DNA from: Clostridiales bacterium
Lineage (GTDB): Bacteria; Bacillota; Clostridia; Christensenellales; Aristaeellaceae
DNA: 35,474 nucleotides
Assembly: GCA_012522875.1 (NCBI GenBank)
Contig: JAAYJP010000262.1
Location: 1 to 35,474, forward strand
Direction: 5' to 3'
A program made the position numbers and the translations under genes. Of this stretch, positions 1 to 7,809 are shown in pieces; position 1 is the first letter of the stretch, and each line of letters opens with the position of its first letter. The notes under the pieces were generated by a model that saw nothing but the letters and a program-made list of their open reading frames with translations, made no database searches and was not told the origin of the DNA.

Positions 1-38
1 GGATTGCTGAAGTGCTCCATGACTTTGTCGCTGTACAT
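1..38 (-). CDS. nifU: Fe-S cluster scaffold NifU/IscU; only the first 12 codons are present because the gene runs off the left edge
   Basis: The reverse complement of 1-47 reads GGAGTGATT ATG TAC AGC GAC AAA GTC ATG GAG CAC TTC AGC AAT, which translates to MYSDKVMEHFSN, the typical IscU/NifU N-terminus. An SD-like GGAGTGA lies just downstream of the nifS stop. The position after rrf2-nifS fits the usual cluster order. Confidence 0.55.
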   Translation of the reverse strand, partial: MYSDKVMEHFSN

Positions 39-47
39 AATCACTCC

Positions 48-1205
48 TTAGCTGGCCAGCGGGGACATGGCCCGCAGCTTGTCAACAATACCTGGTAATA
101 TCGCCAGCACCGTGTTTATTTCTTCATGGGTAGTTGCTTCAGACAGGGTAAAGCGCAGGCTGCTGTGAGCATCCTCCGCGGCCAGGCCCATGCCAAGAAG
201 CACATGGGAAGGTTCAAGGGAGCCAGACGCGCAGGCGGATCCGGAAGAGGCCGCAATGCCGTTCAGGTCAAGATGCAAAAGAAGTGCCTCTCCCTCAATA
301 TACCGGAATGACAAGTTGGCGTTGTTGGGCAGGCGGTTGGTCCGGTCTCCGTTTAGGCGTACATGGGGAATAGCGCCAGTGATGCCATCTATCAGGATAT
401 TACGAAGCCTGGTGATCTTCTCAGCGTTCTCATCCATCATCATGCCCGCGCGCTCAGCCGCCTTGCCAAGGCCCACAATGCCTGCCACATTTTCGGTACC
501 GGCACGGCGATTGCGCTCCTGAGCGCCCCCGTGAAGCAAGGGCAATATTCTGGTTCCTGAGCGAACATAGAGGGCGCCAGTGCCCTTTGGGCCATGGAAC
601 TTGTGGCCCGAGAGGGACAAAAGGTCCACCTGCCAGGCATTGACGTCCACTCCAATTGCCCCCGCCGCCTGCACCGCATCGGAATGAAAGGGGATTTTGT
701 GCTCGCGCGCGATGGCGCCAATGGCCTCCGCCGGCTGCAAAGTACCGATTTCGTTATTGGCTGCCATGATGGAAATCAGGATGGTGCGGTCTTTGATCGC
801 ATTCTTCACATCCTCTGGGTTTACGATCCCTGACGCACTGACCGGCAGATAGGTCACATCAAACCCTTCGGTTTCAAGCCATCTGGCTGTTTCAAGCACC
901 GCATGGTGTTCAATGGCGCTGGTAATGATGTGATTGCCTTTGCTTCGCCTGGCAAAAGCGATGCCTTTTAAGGCCCAGTTGTCGCTTTCCGTGCCGCCGC
1001 TGGTGAAATGGATTTCGTTTGTCCTGGCACCAATAAGCCCGGCCACTTGTTTGCGCGCATCATCAATGGCCCTGCGGGCATCACGGCCGGTGTCATAGAT
1101 GCTCGAGGCATTACCGTAGCGCCCGGTAAGGTAGGGCATCATGGCTTCCAGTACTTCCGGGCTCAGGGGCGTTGTGGCGGCGTTATCCAGATAAATTCTG
1201 TTCAA
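48..1205 (-). CDS. nifS: Cysteine desulfurase (NifS/IscS class, PLP-dependent)
   Basis: 385-aa ORF starting MNRIYLDNAATTP. It has the PLP-lysine region SLSGHKFHGPKG and the active-site loop SSGSACASGS. The start codon is TTG and overlaps the upstream rrf2 stop (TTGA). GGAGAAGGTGA lies upstream. Confidence 0.93.
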   Translation of the reverse strand: MNRIYLDNAATTPLSPEVLEAMMPYLTGRYGNASSIYDTGRDARRAIDDARKQVAGLIGARTNEIHFTSGGTESDNWALKGIAFARRSKGNHIITSAIEHHAVLETARWLETEGFDVTYLPVSASGIVNPEDVKNAIKDRTILISIMAANNEIGTLQPAEAIGAIAREHKIPFHSDAVQAAGAIGVDVNAWQVDLLSLSGHKFHGPKGTGALYVRSGTRILPLLHGGAQERNRRAGTENVAGIVGLGKAAERAGMMMDENAEKITRLRNILIDGITGAIPHVRLNGDRTNRLPNNANLSFRYIEGEALLLHLDLNGIAASSGSACASGSLEPSHVLLGMGLAAEDAHSSLRFTLSEATTHEEINTVLAILPGIVDKLRAMSPLAS

Positions 1206-1636
1206 TGGGTCACCTTCTCCGTGCTGGTAATAAGAGATGGATTTACAAGCATGTCCTTAAGGGTCACCGTGTTCATCACTTCTTCGATTCCCCGGGTCAG
1301 GTATTCCCACGTGCCTTTCAGTGCGCAGCCGCAGCTGTTTTCACAGGCTCCGGCGTCCAGCACACAATGGGACAGCGTCAGGGGACCTTCAACACTTTCA
1401 ATAATTTGAGCCACGGTGATATCGCCGGGGTTTTTCGCCAGTAAATAGCCCCCCTTGTTGCCGCGGACTGAGACAATCAGCCCACTGCGCCTCAGGGCAC
1501 CCAAGAGCTGTTCCGTGTATTCCCTGGGCTGCCCCGCTTTGATAATCCGGCTAAGCGTCTGGGGGCCTTTGTTCAGATGCTGTGCCAAGTGCAGCATAGC
1601 AAGCATGGCATAATGGCTTTTGGCCGTTAGTTTCAC
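1202..1636 (-). CDS. Rrf2-family transcriptional regulator (IscR/CymR-like, Cys-rich probable Fe-S ligand region)
   Basis: Family-typical N-terminus (V/M)KLTAKSHYAMLAMLHLA if the GTG at 1636 is used, which is preceded by GGGAGGA. The C-terminal cluster is HCVLDAGACENSCGC. The ORF track extends to 1663, but that GTG has no SD and lies almost at the predicted transcription start. Confidence 0.85.
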   Translation of the reverse strand: MKLTAKSHYAMLAMLHLAQHLNKGPQTLSRIIKAGQPREYTEQLLGALRRSGLIVSVRGNKGGYLLAKNPGDITVAQIIESVEGPLTLSHCVLDAGACENSCGCALKGTWEYLTRGIEEVMNTVTLKDMLVNPSLITSTEKVTH

Positions 1637-1677
1637 TGTTCCTCCCAATCCCGACAAAATCACTCAGGATTTCCCAA

Positions 1678-1706
1678 AGTGTACACTCGCAAATTGGCCT
1701 TGTCAA
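1678..1706 (-). promoter_or_regulatory. Sigma-A-type promoter for rrf2-nifS-nifU
   Basis: The minus strand reads TTGACA (1706-1701), a 17-nt spacer, then TACACT (1683-1678). It sits 8 nt downstream of the recG stop codon. Confidence 0.5.
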
Positions 1707-1713
1707 TCGTGAT

Positions 1714-3714
1714 TCAGTGGCGCCCGGAGCTGAATACTCCCCCAAACGCATTCTGCGAAAGCCCGGTAAGATACTCAAGGAAAGGCTTGTGGCGCGGCTC
1801 ACTTGCCAGGAACCTGAGGCACCGGTTGGTTTCCTCAAGGAGTCTCATATCCTTAACGCCAAAGGCGTCGGGCAGTTCGCGGCCATGCTGAAGGGTCCCT
1901 AAAAACTGCCCCGGTCCCCGCTGCTCCAGATCCTTTTGGGCGATAAAGAATCCGTTGTCGCTTTGGGTCAATACCGTTAGCCGGTCATTGAACGGGCCCA
2001 AAAGGAAACACCAGCTCTCCTTATTCCCGCGGCCAACGCGGCCCCGCAGTTGGTGCAGTTGAGCCAAGCCAAAGCGTTCCGCGTCTTCAATGGCGATAAT
2101 GGTAGCACCCGGCACATCCACACCCACCTCGATCACAGAAGACGCCACCAGCACATCCAATTCCCCCGCCGAGAAGCGTCTGAGGGCAAGTGATTTTTCT
2201 CCTTCATCCTGCTGGCCATATGCCATGCCAAGCCGAAGCGTTTTCAAGGGGCCTCTTTTCAGGTATTCATAGGTTTCCTTTACGCTTTTCACGCTCAGTT
2301 CTTCACTCTCCTCTACCAGAGGACAGACATAGAAGCATTGCTCCCCCCGTTGGGCGCTGGCAAGGATGTAGCTAAAGAGCTGGGTACGCTTTCCCTCAGG
2401 AACCACGCGCGTATTTACCGGCAGCCGCCCGGGCGGTTTTTCCTGGATAAGAGATACATCCAGGTCACCATACATGACCAGCGCCAACGACCTGGGGATA
2501 GGGGTAGCGGATAGGGCTAACATATGGGCTTGGACGTTTCCACCTGGTTTTTCCACCAGTGTCTGGCGCTGCCTGACGCCAAAACGGTGCTGCTCATCGG
2601 TGATGACCAGGCCCAGGCGATGGTATTTGACAGTTTCGCTAATCAAGGCCTGTGTGCCGATGACCAACTGCCATGAACCGTTGGCAATGCGTTCAAGCGC
2701 AGTCTGCCTTTCCCCCGCGCTTAATGAACTGGTCAGCAAGCCCGAGGCAATGCCAAGGGAAGAAAGCAACCTGGCGGCGCTGGCAGCGTGCTGCTGGGCC
2801 AGGATTTCCGTGGGGGCCATCATGGCGCACTGATAACCCGAGCGCGTCGCCAACCAGGCAGCACCAAAAGCGACAGCGGTCTTTCCGCTCCCCACATCCC
2901 CCTGAAGCAGCCTGCGCATCGCGTAGCCACTGTTCAAATCGTCAAACACATCCTGGAGCGCCGCCCTCTGGGCTTCCGTGGGCGAAAAAGGCATGGCGGA
3001 CCAATACCTGCCCAGGTCCTTCTCTCGGCCTTTTAGTGGCAGCCCCGCTCGTCCTCGCTGTCCAACTGCCAGAAGCGCGGTCTGATAGAGCAGCAGATTT
3101 TCAAAAGCCAGCCGACGTTTAGCCTGTTCCAAAAGCGCCTGGCTCTGCGGGAAGTGTGCCTGTTCCCAGGCGAAGCGCTTGCCGCAAAGCCGCCACTCGT
3201 CAAGAAACCACTGCGGCAACGTTTCAGCGCTTTCATCGGTCATGTTGTCCAGAGCCTGCCGAGCCAGGGCGGAAAAAGTTCTTCCCGGCAATCCCGGCAT
3301 GGCGCGGTAGACGGGCTCGATGCCACGCCGCTGGATGATCCGGGGATTCGTCATGCCGGCAACACCCTGGTAAAATGACACCTTGCCATACACCAGCAGT
3401 GAGTCACCCTTTTTGACTTGCGTGGACATCCAGGGCTGGTTGAACCATGCCAGGGATAAAACACCGCTGCCATCCCCTAAACTGGCCCTGACTGCGGATT
3501 TCCCCCCATAAAAATGCTTCCGGGGATGATCCAACACAACCCCCCCAACACAGTGGGCCTCTTGAGTCAGCAGCCCCAGGGGCGTTGGATTCAGGGCATC
3601 CACATAGCCCGATGGCAGCGTGGCCAAAAGCGCCATCAGAGAAGTGATGCCGTTTTTTGACAGGATTTCCAGGCGCTTGGGGCCCACTCCCCGGAGATCT
3701 TCAAGTCGTTTCAT
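1714..3714 (-). CDS. recG: ATP-dependent DNA helicase RecG
   Basis: 666 aa. The N-terminus has the HhH-like LRGVGPKRLEIL. SF2 motifs are GDVGSGKT (I), DEQHRFG (II), SATPIPR (III) and QLHQLRGRVGRG (VI). Confidence 0.95.
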   Translation of the reverse strand: MKRLEDLRGVGPKRLEILSKNGITSLMALLATLPSGYVDALNPTPLGLLTQEAHCVGGVVLDHPRKHFYGGKSAVRASLGDGSGVLSLAWFNQPWMSTQVKKGDSLLVYGKVSFYQGVAGMTNPRIIQRRGIEPVYRAMPGLPGRTFSALARQALDNMTDESAETLPQWFLDEWRLCGKRFAWEQAHFPQSQALLEQAKRRLAFENLLLYQTALLAVGQRGRAGLPLKGREKDLGRYWSAMPFSPTEAQRAALQDVFDDLNSGYAMRRLLQGDVGSGKTAVAFGAAWLATRSGYQCAMMAPTEILAQQHAASAARLLSSLGIASGLLTSSLSAGERQTALERIANGSWQLVIGTQALISETVKYHRLGLVITDEQHRFGVRQRQTLVEKPGGNVQAHMLALSATPIPRSLALVMYGDLDVSLIQEKPPGRLPVNTRVVPEGKRTQLFSYILASAQRGEQCFYVCPLVEESEELSVKSVKETYEYLKRGPLKTLRLGMAYGQQDEGEKSLALRRFSAGELDVLVASSVIEVGVDVPGATIIAIEDAERFGLAQLHQLRGRVGRGNKESWCFLLGPFNDRLTVLTQSDNGFFIAQKDLEQRGPGQFLGTLQHGRELPDAFGVKDMRLLEETNRCLRFLASEPRHKPFLEYLTGLSQNAFGGVFSSGRH

Positions 3715-3718
3715 CTGG

Positions 3719-3752
3719 AAAAACCAAAAACAAGCCGCCTGGCAAGGCGGCT
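3719..3752 (-). terminator. Rho-independent terminator after fakA, ending 5 nt before the recG start codon
   Basis: The minus-strand RNA is AGCCGCC-UUGCCA-GGCGGCU (7-bp GC-rich stem, 6-nt loop) followed by UGUUUUUGGUUUUU. Confidence 0.7.
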
Positions 3753-3770
3753 ATTGTGGAGAGGGTCACG

Positions 3771-5417
3771 CTATTCAACGGACAATAAATAATAGTACAG
3801 CGGCTGGCCGCCTTTGTGTACTTCCACATCGCAATTGGGATAGAGCTCAGCAATCTCCTGGCCCAGCGCCTCAGCCTCATGGGGGCTGGTCTCAGCACCG
3901 TAGTACACGGTGATAAGCCCGTCATCTTCTGTAACAATTTCCTTCATCAACTCCACTGCAGCCTCAGTTGCCGATTCGCAGTTGACCGTCACCCTGCCAT
4001 TGTTCAGACCGATGATGCTTCCCTCTTTGATGTGCATCTCATCCAGTTCTGTGTCCCTGACCGAAAAGGTGATCATCCCTGTACGTACCTTCTCTGCAGC
4101 TTCGTTCATGCGAGCCTCGTTTTCCTCAGGGCTGTCATCCGGCAGAAAGGCGATGACAGCGGCAATGCCCATGGCTACATTTTTGGTGGGCAGGACAATC
4201 ACCCGGCTTTCAGCCATCTCTGCAACCTGCTCAGCTGCAAGAATAATGTTTCCGTTATTGGGCAGGAGAAAAATTGTGCCGGCCTTTATGCTGTCCACAG
4301 CCCTCTGAAGGTCTTCAATGCTGGGGTTCATGGTCTGACCGCCCTCAACAATAATATCCACTCCCAAATCCCTGAAAATATCAGAAAAGCCATCTCCCTG
4401 GGAAACGGAAACGATACCATACTCCTTCCCGAGCGCGAGTTGTTCAAGTTCCTTTTTTGCCTGATTATCCCGGCGCTGCTGGAGCATATTGTCAATTTTC
4501 AAACCATTGAGTTCTCCAAGGGCCAAGGCCAACTGGAGAGCTTTCCCCGGGTCATTGGTGTGCAGATGCACCTTGAGAAGACTGCTGTCTCCCACCACCA
4601 GCACACAGTCTCCCAAACGGGTCAGTTTGCGCCGGAGGGAATCCACATCCTCATCTGTTACTTCGGACTTCATTTCCTGAATAAAAAACTCAGTGCAATA
4701 GGCAAAGGTGATCTCCCCCAGAAGATCGTGGTCATCTATGAAAGTGTCAGCTTCGCTGATGGGAACCATATCCGAAATCGTGTCTTCAATGCGCTCACCG
4801 TTTATCACCGCGGCATAGCCCGTGTAAATCAAGTGAAGGCCCCAGCCGCCGGCGTCCACTACGCCAGCCTGGGTGAGAACGGGCAGCATTTCCTGGGTGC
4901 GTTTGACGATGGACTCACCGCTGGCCAGAATCCGGCGGAAAAGTTCCTGGAAGCTGCCGGGGTTATTGTCTGCCTGATGAACCGCGTCATCGGCAATGAC
5001 ACGAGCCACGGTGAGAATGGTGCCTTCCTTGGGTTTCATGACGGCTTTGTAGGCGGTGTCGGCGCCTGCTTTCAGGGCGGCCGCGAACTGGGCCGGCGTC
5101 ATGGTATCAAGCCCTTCCAGCGCACGGGAAAACCCGCGGTACAGTTGGGAGAGGATGACGCCCGAGTTCCCCCTGGCACCTCTTAGTGCCCCTTTGGCCA
5201 GTGCTTCAGCAACACCTGAAATTGCATTATAATCCCGGCCGTTAACTTCCTTGACAGCCGTCATCATGGTCATGGACATATTGGTGCCGGTGTCACCGTC
5301 TGGCACCGGGAAAACATTCAGCGCATTGACCGCCTCGCGGTTCTTCTCCAGCATAGCTGCTCCCGCGTTTACCATTTCCCGAAGCAGGCTGGCATCAATC
5401 ACGGATTTATCTGTCAC
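3771..5417 (-). CDS. fakA: DAK2-domain protein of the YloV/FakA (fatty-acid kinase subunit A) family
   Basis: 548 aa with the N-terminal Dak2 signature PVPDGDTGTNM. The position after the Asp23-family gene matches the conserved yloU-yloV pair. GTG start preceded by GGAGGAAGG. Confidence 0.85.
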   Translation of the reverse strand: MTDKSVIDASLLREMVNAGAAMLEKNREAVNALNVFPVPDGDTGTNMSMTMMTAVKEVNGRDYNAISGVAEALAKGALRGARGNSGVILSQLYRGFSRALEGLDTMTPAQFAAALKAGADTAYKAVMKPKEGTILTVARVIADDAVHQADNNPGSFQELFRRILASGESIVKRTQEMLPVLTQAGVVDAGGWGLHLIYTGYAAVINGERIEDTISDMVPISEADTFIDDHDLLGEITFAYCTEFFIQEMKSEVTDEDVDSLRRKLTRLGDCVLVVGDSSLLKVHLHTNDPGKALQLALALGELNGLKIDNMLQQRRDNQAKKELEQLALGKEYGIVSVSQGDGFSDIFRDLGVDIIVEGGQTMNPSIEDLQRAVDSIKAGTIFLLPNNGNIILAAEQVAEMAESRVIVLPTKNVAMGIAAVIAFLPDDSPEENEARMNEAAEKVRTGMITFSVRDTELDEMHIKEGSIIGLNNGRVTVNCESATEAAVELMKEIVTEDDGLITVYYGAETSPHEAEALGQEIAELYPNCDVEVHKGGQPLYYYLLSVE

Positions 5418-5442
5418 ACTACCTTCCTCCGTTTGCCAGTCT

Positions 5443-5793
5443 TCAGACGCGGATGCCTTCGACTGTAATATTCACGTTTCTGACCTTTATTCCGGTCATT
5501 TTTTCCAACTTGTAACGAACGACCTCTTTGATGGAGTTGCAGACCTCAGTGACCGAAATCCCGTATTCCACCACAATATACAAATCAACATCTATCATGT
5601 CATCCACCGAACGCAGCTGAACGCCTTTGCTGAGATTTTCACGCCCCAGCCACTCCACGAAGCCGTCCTTGGCGCGTTTGGAAGACATGGCGACAATGCC
5701 GTAGCACTCCAAGGCAGCGTAGCCCACCACCTTAAGCATGACTTCCTCGGAAATGTAAATCGTCCCGATGTCGTTCTTGATTTTAAACTCCAT
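5443..5793 (-). CDS. Asp23/Gls24-family (alkaline shock protein 23-like, YloU) protein
   Basis: MEFKIKNDIGTIYISEEVMLKVVGYAALECYGIV is typical of the Asp23 family. The start is set at the ATG at 5793, with AAAGGGG 10 nt upstream. The ORF-track extension to 5892 overlaps the predicted promoter and the upstream gene. Confidence 0.85.
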   Translation of the reverse strand: MEFKIKNDIGTIYISEEVMLKVVGYAALECYGIVAMSSKRAKDGFVEWLGRENLSKGVQLRSVDDMIDVDLYIVVEYGISVTEVCNSIKEVVRYKLEKMTGIKVRNVNITVEGIRV

Positions 5794-5835
5794 TACAAGC
5801 ATTCCCCTTTCAGGATGTATCCATTCCCGAAAAGT

Positions 5836-5864
5836 ATTATAGCCCTTTTCCCCCGAAGAAGCAA
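5836..5864 (-). promoter_or_regulatory. Sigma-A-type promoter for asp23-fakA
   Basis: The minus strand reads TTGCTT (5864-5859), a 17-nt spacer, then consensus TATAAT (5841-5836). Confidence 0.55.
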
Positions 5865-5888
5865 TATCACCACGGTATGAACGCCATG

Positions 5889-7682
5889 TCAAAAGCCGTT
5901 TTCACGGTTGATCTGGTCGATTTCAGCACGCCTGATGGGTGGATTGCAGCTCTTGCAGGGCGTGAGTTTCTCATAGCCCGCGTCATCCAACTCACCATAG
6001 GTCATCTCGCCCTTCAGAGGCAGATATCGGTCCTTGATGCTTCGGCAGTTTTGATCAGTATGGTAATACTGTCCGCGGTCCGGATTGTAATATAGGGCAA
6101 GGGAAGGGTCAGGATACTCATAGAAACGCCCCGGGAAATCATCCCATATCAATACCTTGGTATTCACTTTGATATTGTTCCACAGCCAGCTCATATTGAT
6201 GCCATCCTCATTGTTAAGCCGCTGCACGCGGATGCATCCATGGCTTGCTTTTTTGCCCAGTTGGGCTTCCTGAGAAGAGTAATCCCAATATCCGGTAGAC
6301 TGGTTTTCAATATATGGCACCTCATGTATCAGGGCTCCGCCATTTATACGCATGGCCATGCGGCAGACCAGGTTACCGGCATTAAACTGGCCAACGCGGC
6401 TGACCATCAGGAACTCGCCTGAGGGGGTTTCATTCCATGGCTGCTGCCTGGTGGGAATGCCTGTGGAGATAAGAAGCTCGGTAAAGAGTTTGCCTTCCTT
6501 GAACACATACAGCCTTTGCTTCAGTTTATCTATCAGGATACCGTAATCATCCCTGGGAGTGATGGTCTTCAGGTTTTTGGTCTCTATATAGCCGCGGATC
6601 AGGTCATCGGTGTCCCCGTAACCCCTGCGCGTGCGATTGTCAGGGCCATAGGACGAGTTGTACGCCTCCACAAGGGACCAGCCGTCATCCGTTTGCTCAA
6701 TGATATGAACGCCCTGGGCCTCATAGGTGATTTCACCCAGGATGTTCTCCCGGTCCATGCTGATGTCTTTTGCGGCGCGGAGCTTGTATGTTTCGCGCTG
6801 ATCGCCGCCCACCACCACGGTGATTGGCTGGAGCATTACCTCCCAGATGGCTTCCTCGTTCCACTCCCCAATGGGCATCTTCCAGTAACTGGAGCCCTTT
6901 TCTTCCTCCGTCACCACTTCCTTCGTGGGCAGCGTGTACTTCATCTCATTGATGGCCTCAGAAAGATTTGCAATTGGTGTTGTATAGCCCTCTGACACCT
7001 TAACATCCGATGCAGGGGTATGCTTTGGAACTGGTCCCACGGTAAGCGTCACATGGTGCTGATTGGCGGCAAAGCCGCTTTCGTCAAGGAACAGGACAGA
7101 CAGGGTGTGCTGGCCTTCCGGTGCGGCTACACCATCGATATATCCATCCCAACTCACCGTCGTTTCTCCTGCCGGAACCGGAGCGTAGAAGATATTTGCT
7201 GCCTGATCGGCAACGTGAAAAACTACCATAAGCGTTCCTGGCATATTTAGCTGCGCGCTAAGTGCCCAGTTTTGCCCTGGTGTGATGTGTGCATCAACGA
7301 TCCTGAGTTGACTGATGCGCGGACTTTCAGGCCCGATGGATACAGCGGTTTCTGCTGTATTGCCGTCCATCAGAAGCACCAACCGATAGTCCCCTTGCGG
7401 AAAAAGCTGTTGGGTCCGTCCAAGGCCGTTCCAGACTAGATGGTTCTCCCCCGTATTAACCGAAATTTCACTTCTGATTTCATTTAGATTACCAGTATCA
7501 TCACGCAGCAAAAGCTGTGCCAAACCATCGTGGCTTGATGTAAAACTGAGACGCTCAGTCCGGCCCGGCCTTATGAAAGAAGGAACGGCCGTAAAATGAA
7601 GGTGTGTTATTTCGGCCAGAACAGCCGTATGGCTAAGGAACAGAAAAACTGCTCCGAAAAAGGCGAGAATGCGTTCTTTCAT
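5889..7682 (-). CDS. Secreted multidomain L,D-transpeptidase (YkuD catalytic domain)
   Basis: 597 aa. The signal peptide is MKERILAFFGAVFLFLSHTAVLAEI. Two Ig-like repeats resemble the FlgD-Ig type (..HLVWNGLGRTQQLFPQGDYRLVLL.. and ..TVSWDGYIDGVAAPEGQHTLSVLF..). The YkuD active site is SHGCIRV. The C-terminus carries a YHTDQNC...PCKSC module. GGAGGTTACG precedes the ATG. Confidence 0.88.
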   Translation of the reverse strand: MKERILAFFGAVFLFLSHTAVLAEITHLHFTAVPSFIRPGRTERLSFTSSHDGLAQLLLRDDTGNLNEIRSEISVNTGENHLVWNGLGRTQQLFPQGDYRLVLLMDGNTAETAVSIGPESPRISQLRIVDAHITPGQNWALSAQLNMPGTLMVVFHVADQAANIFYAPVPAGETTVSWDGYIDGVAAPEGQHTLSVLFLDESGFAANQHHVTLTVGPVPKHTPASDVKVSEGYTTPIANLSEAINEMKYTLPTKEVVTEEEKGSSYWKMPIGEWNEEAIWEVMLQPITVVVGGDQRETYKLRAAKDISMDRENILGEITYEAQGVHIIEQTDDGWSLVEAYNSSYGPDNRTRRGYGDTDDLIRGYIETKNLKTITPRDDYGILIDKLKQRLYVFKEGKLFTELLISTGIPTRQQPWNETPSGEFLMVSRVGQFNAGNLVCRMAMRINGGALIHEVPYIENQSTGYWDYSSQEAQLGKKASHGCIRVQRLNNEDGINMSWLWNNIKVNTKVLIWDDFPGRFYEYPDPSLALYYNPDRGQYYHTDQNCRSIKDRYLPLKGEMTYGELDDAGYEKLTPCKSCNPPIRRAEIDQINRENGF

Positions 7683-7707
7683 CGTAACCTCCTTTTCTCA
7701 CTGCGAA

Positions 7708-7736
7708 ATAATAGCAGATAAGCCGCTCCCGGGCAA
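7708..7736 (-). promoter_or_regulatory. Candidate promoter for the L,D-transpeptidase gene
   Basis: The minus strand reads TTGCCC (7736-7731), a 17-nt spacer, then TATTAT (7713-7708). It lies back to back with the SNF2 promoter. Confidence 0.4.
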
Positions 7737-7753
7737 CCTGGTTTTTAAACACA

Positions 7754-7782
7754 TTGTAAACATTTTCGTCACAGGTTATAAT
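7754..7782 (+). promoter_or_regulatory. Candidate promoter for the nuclease-SNF2 gene
   Basis: TTGTAA (7754-7759), a 17-nt spacer, then consensus TATAAT (7777-7782). GGAGG at 7801-7805 and the ATG at 7810 follow. Confidence 0.5.
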
Positions 7783-7809
7783 CATTGCGTAAGCAAATCG
7801 GGAGGACAC

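Noticed and set aside
3816-5186. A 456-aa ORF on the plus strand, very long for a non-annotated frame.
   Set aside because: It lies entirely antisense to fakA, which has clear Dak2 motifs and operon context. Its translation has no recognisable motifs, no SD or promoter, and a Cys/His/Phe-rich composition typical of the shadow frame of a GC-rich gene.
7669-7809. The N-terminal 47-codon extension of the SNF2 ORF given by the ORF track.
   Set aside because: It would overlap the L,D-transpeptidase start codon and contain both divergent promoters. The ATG at 7810 has a canonical GGAGG at the correct spacing.
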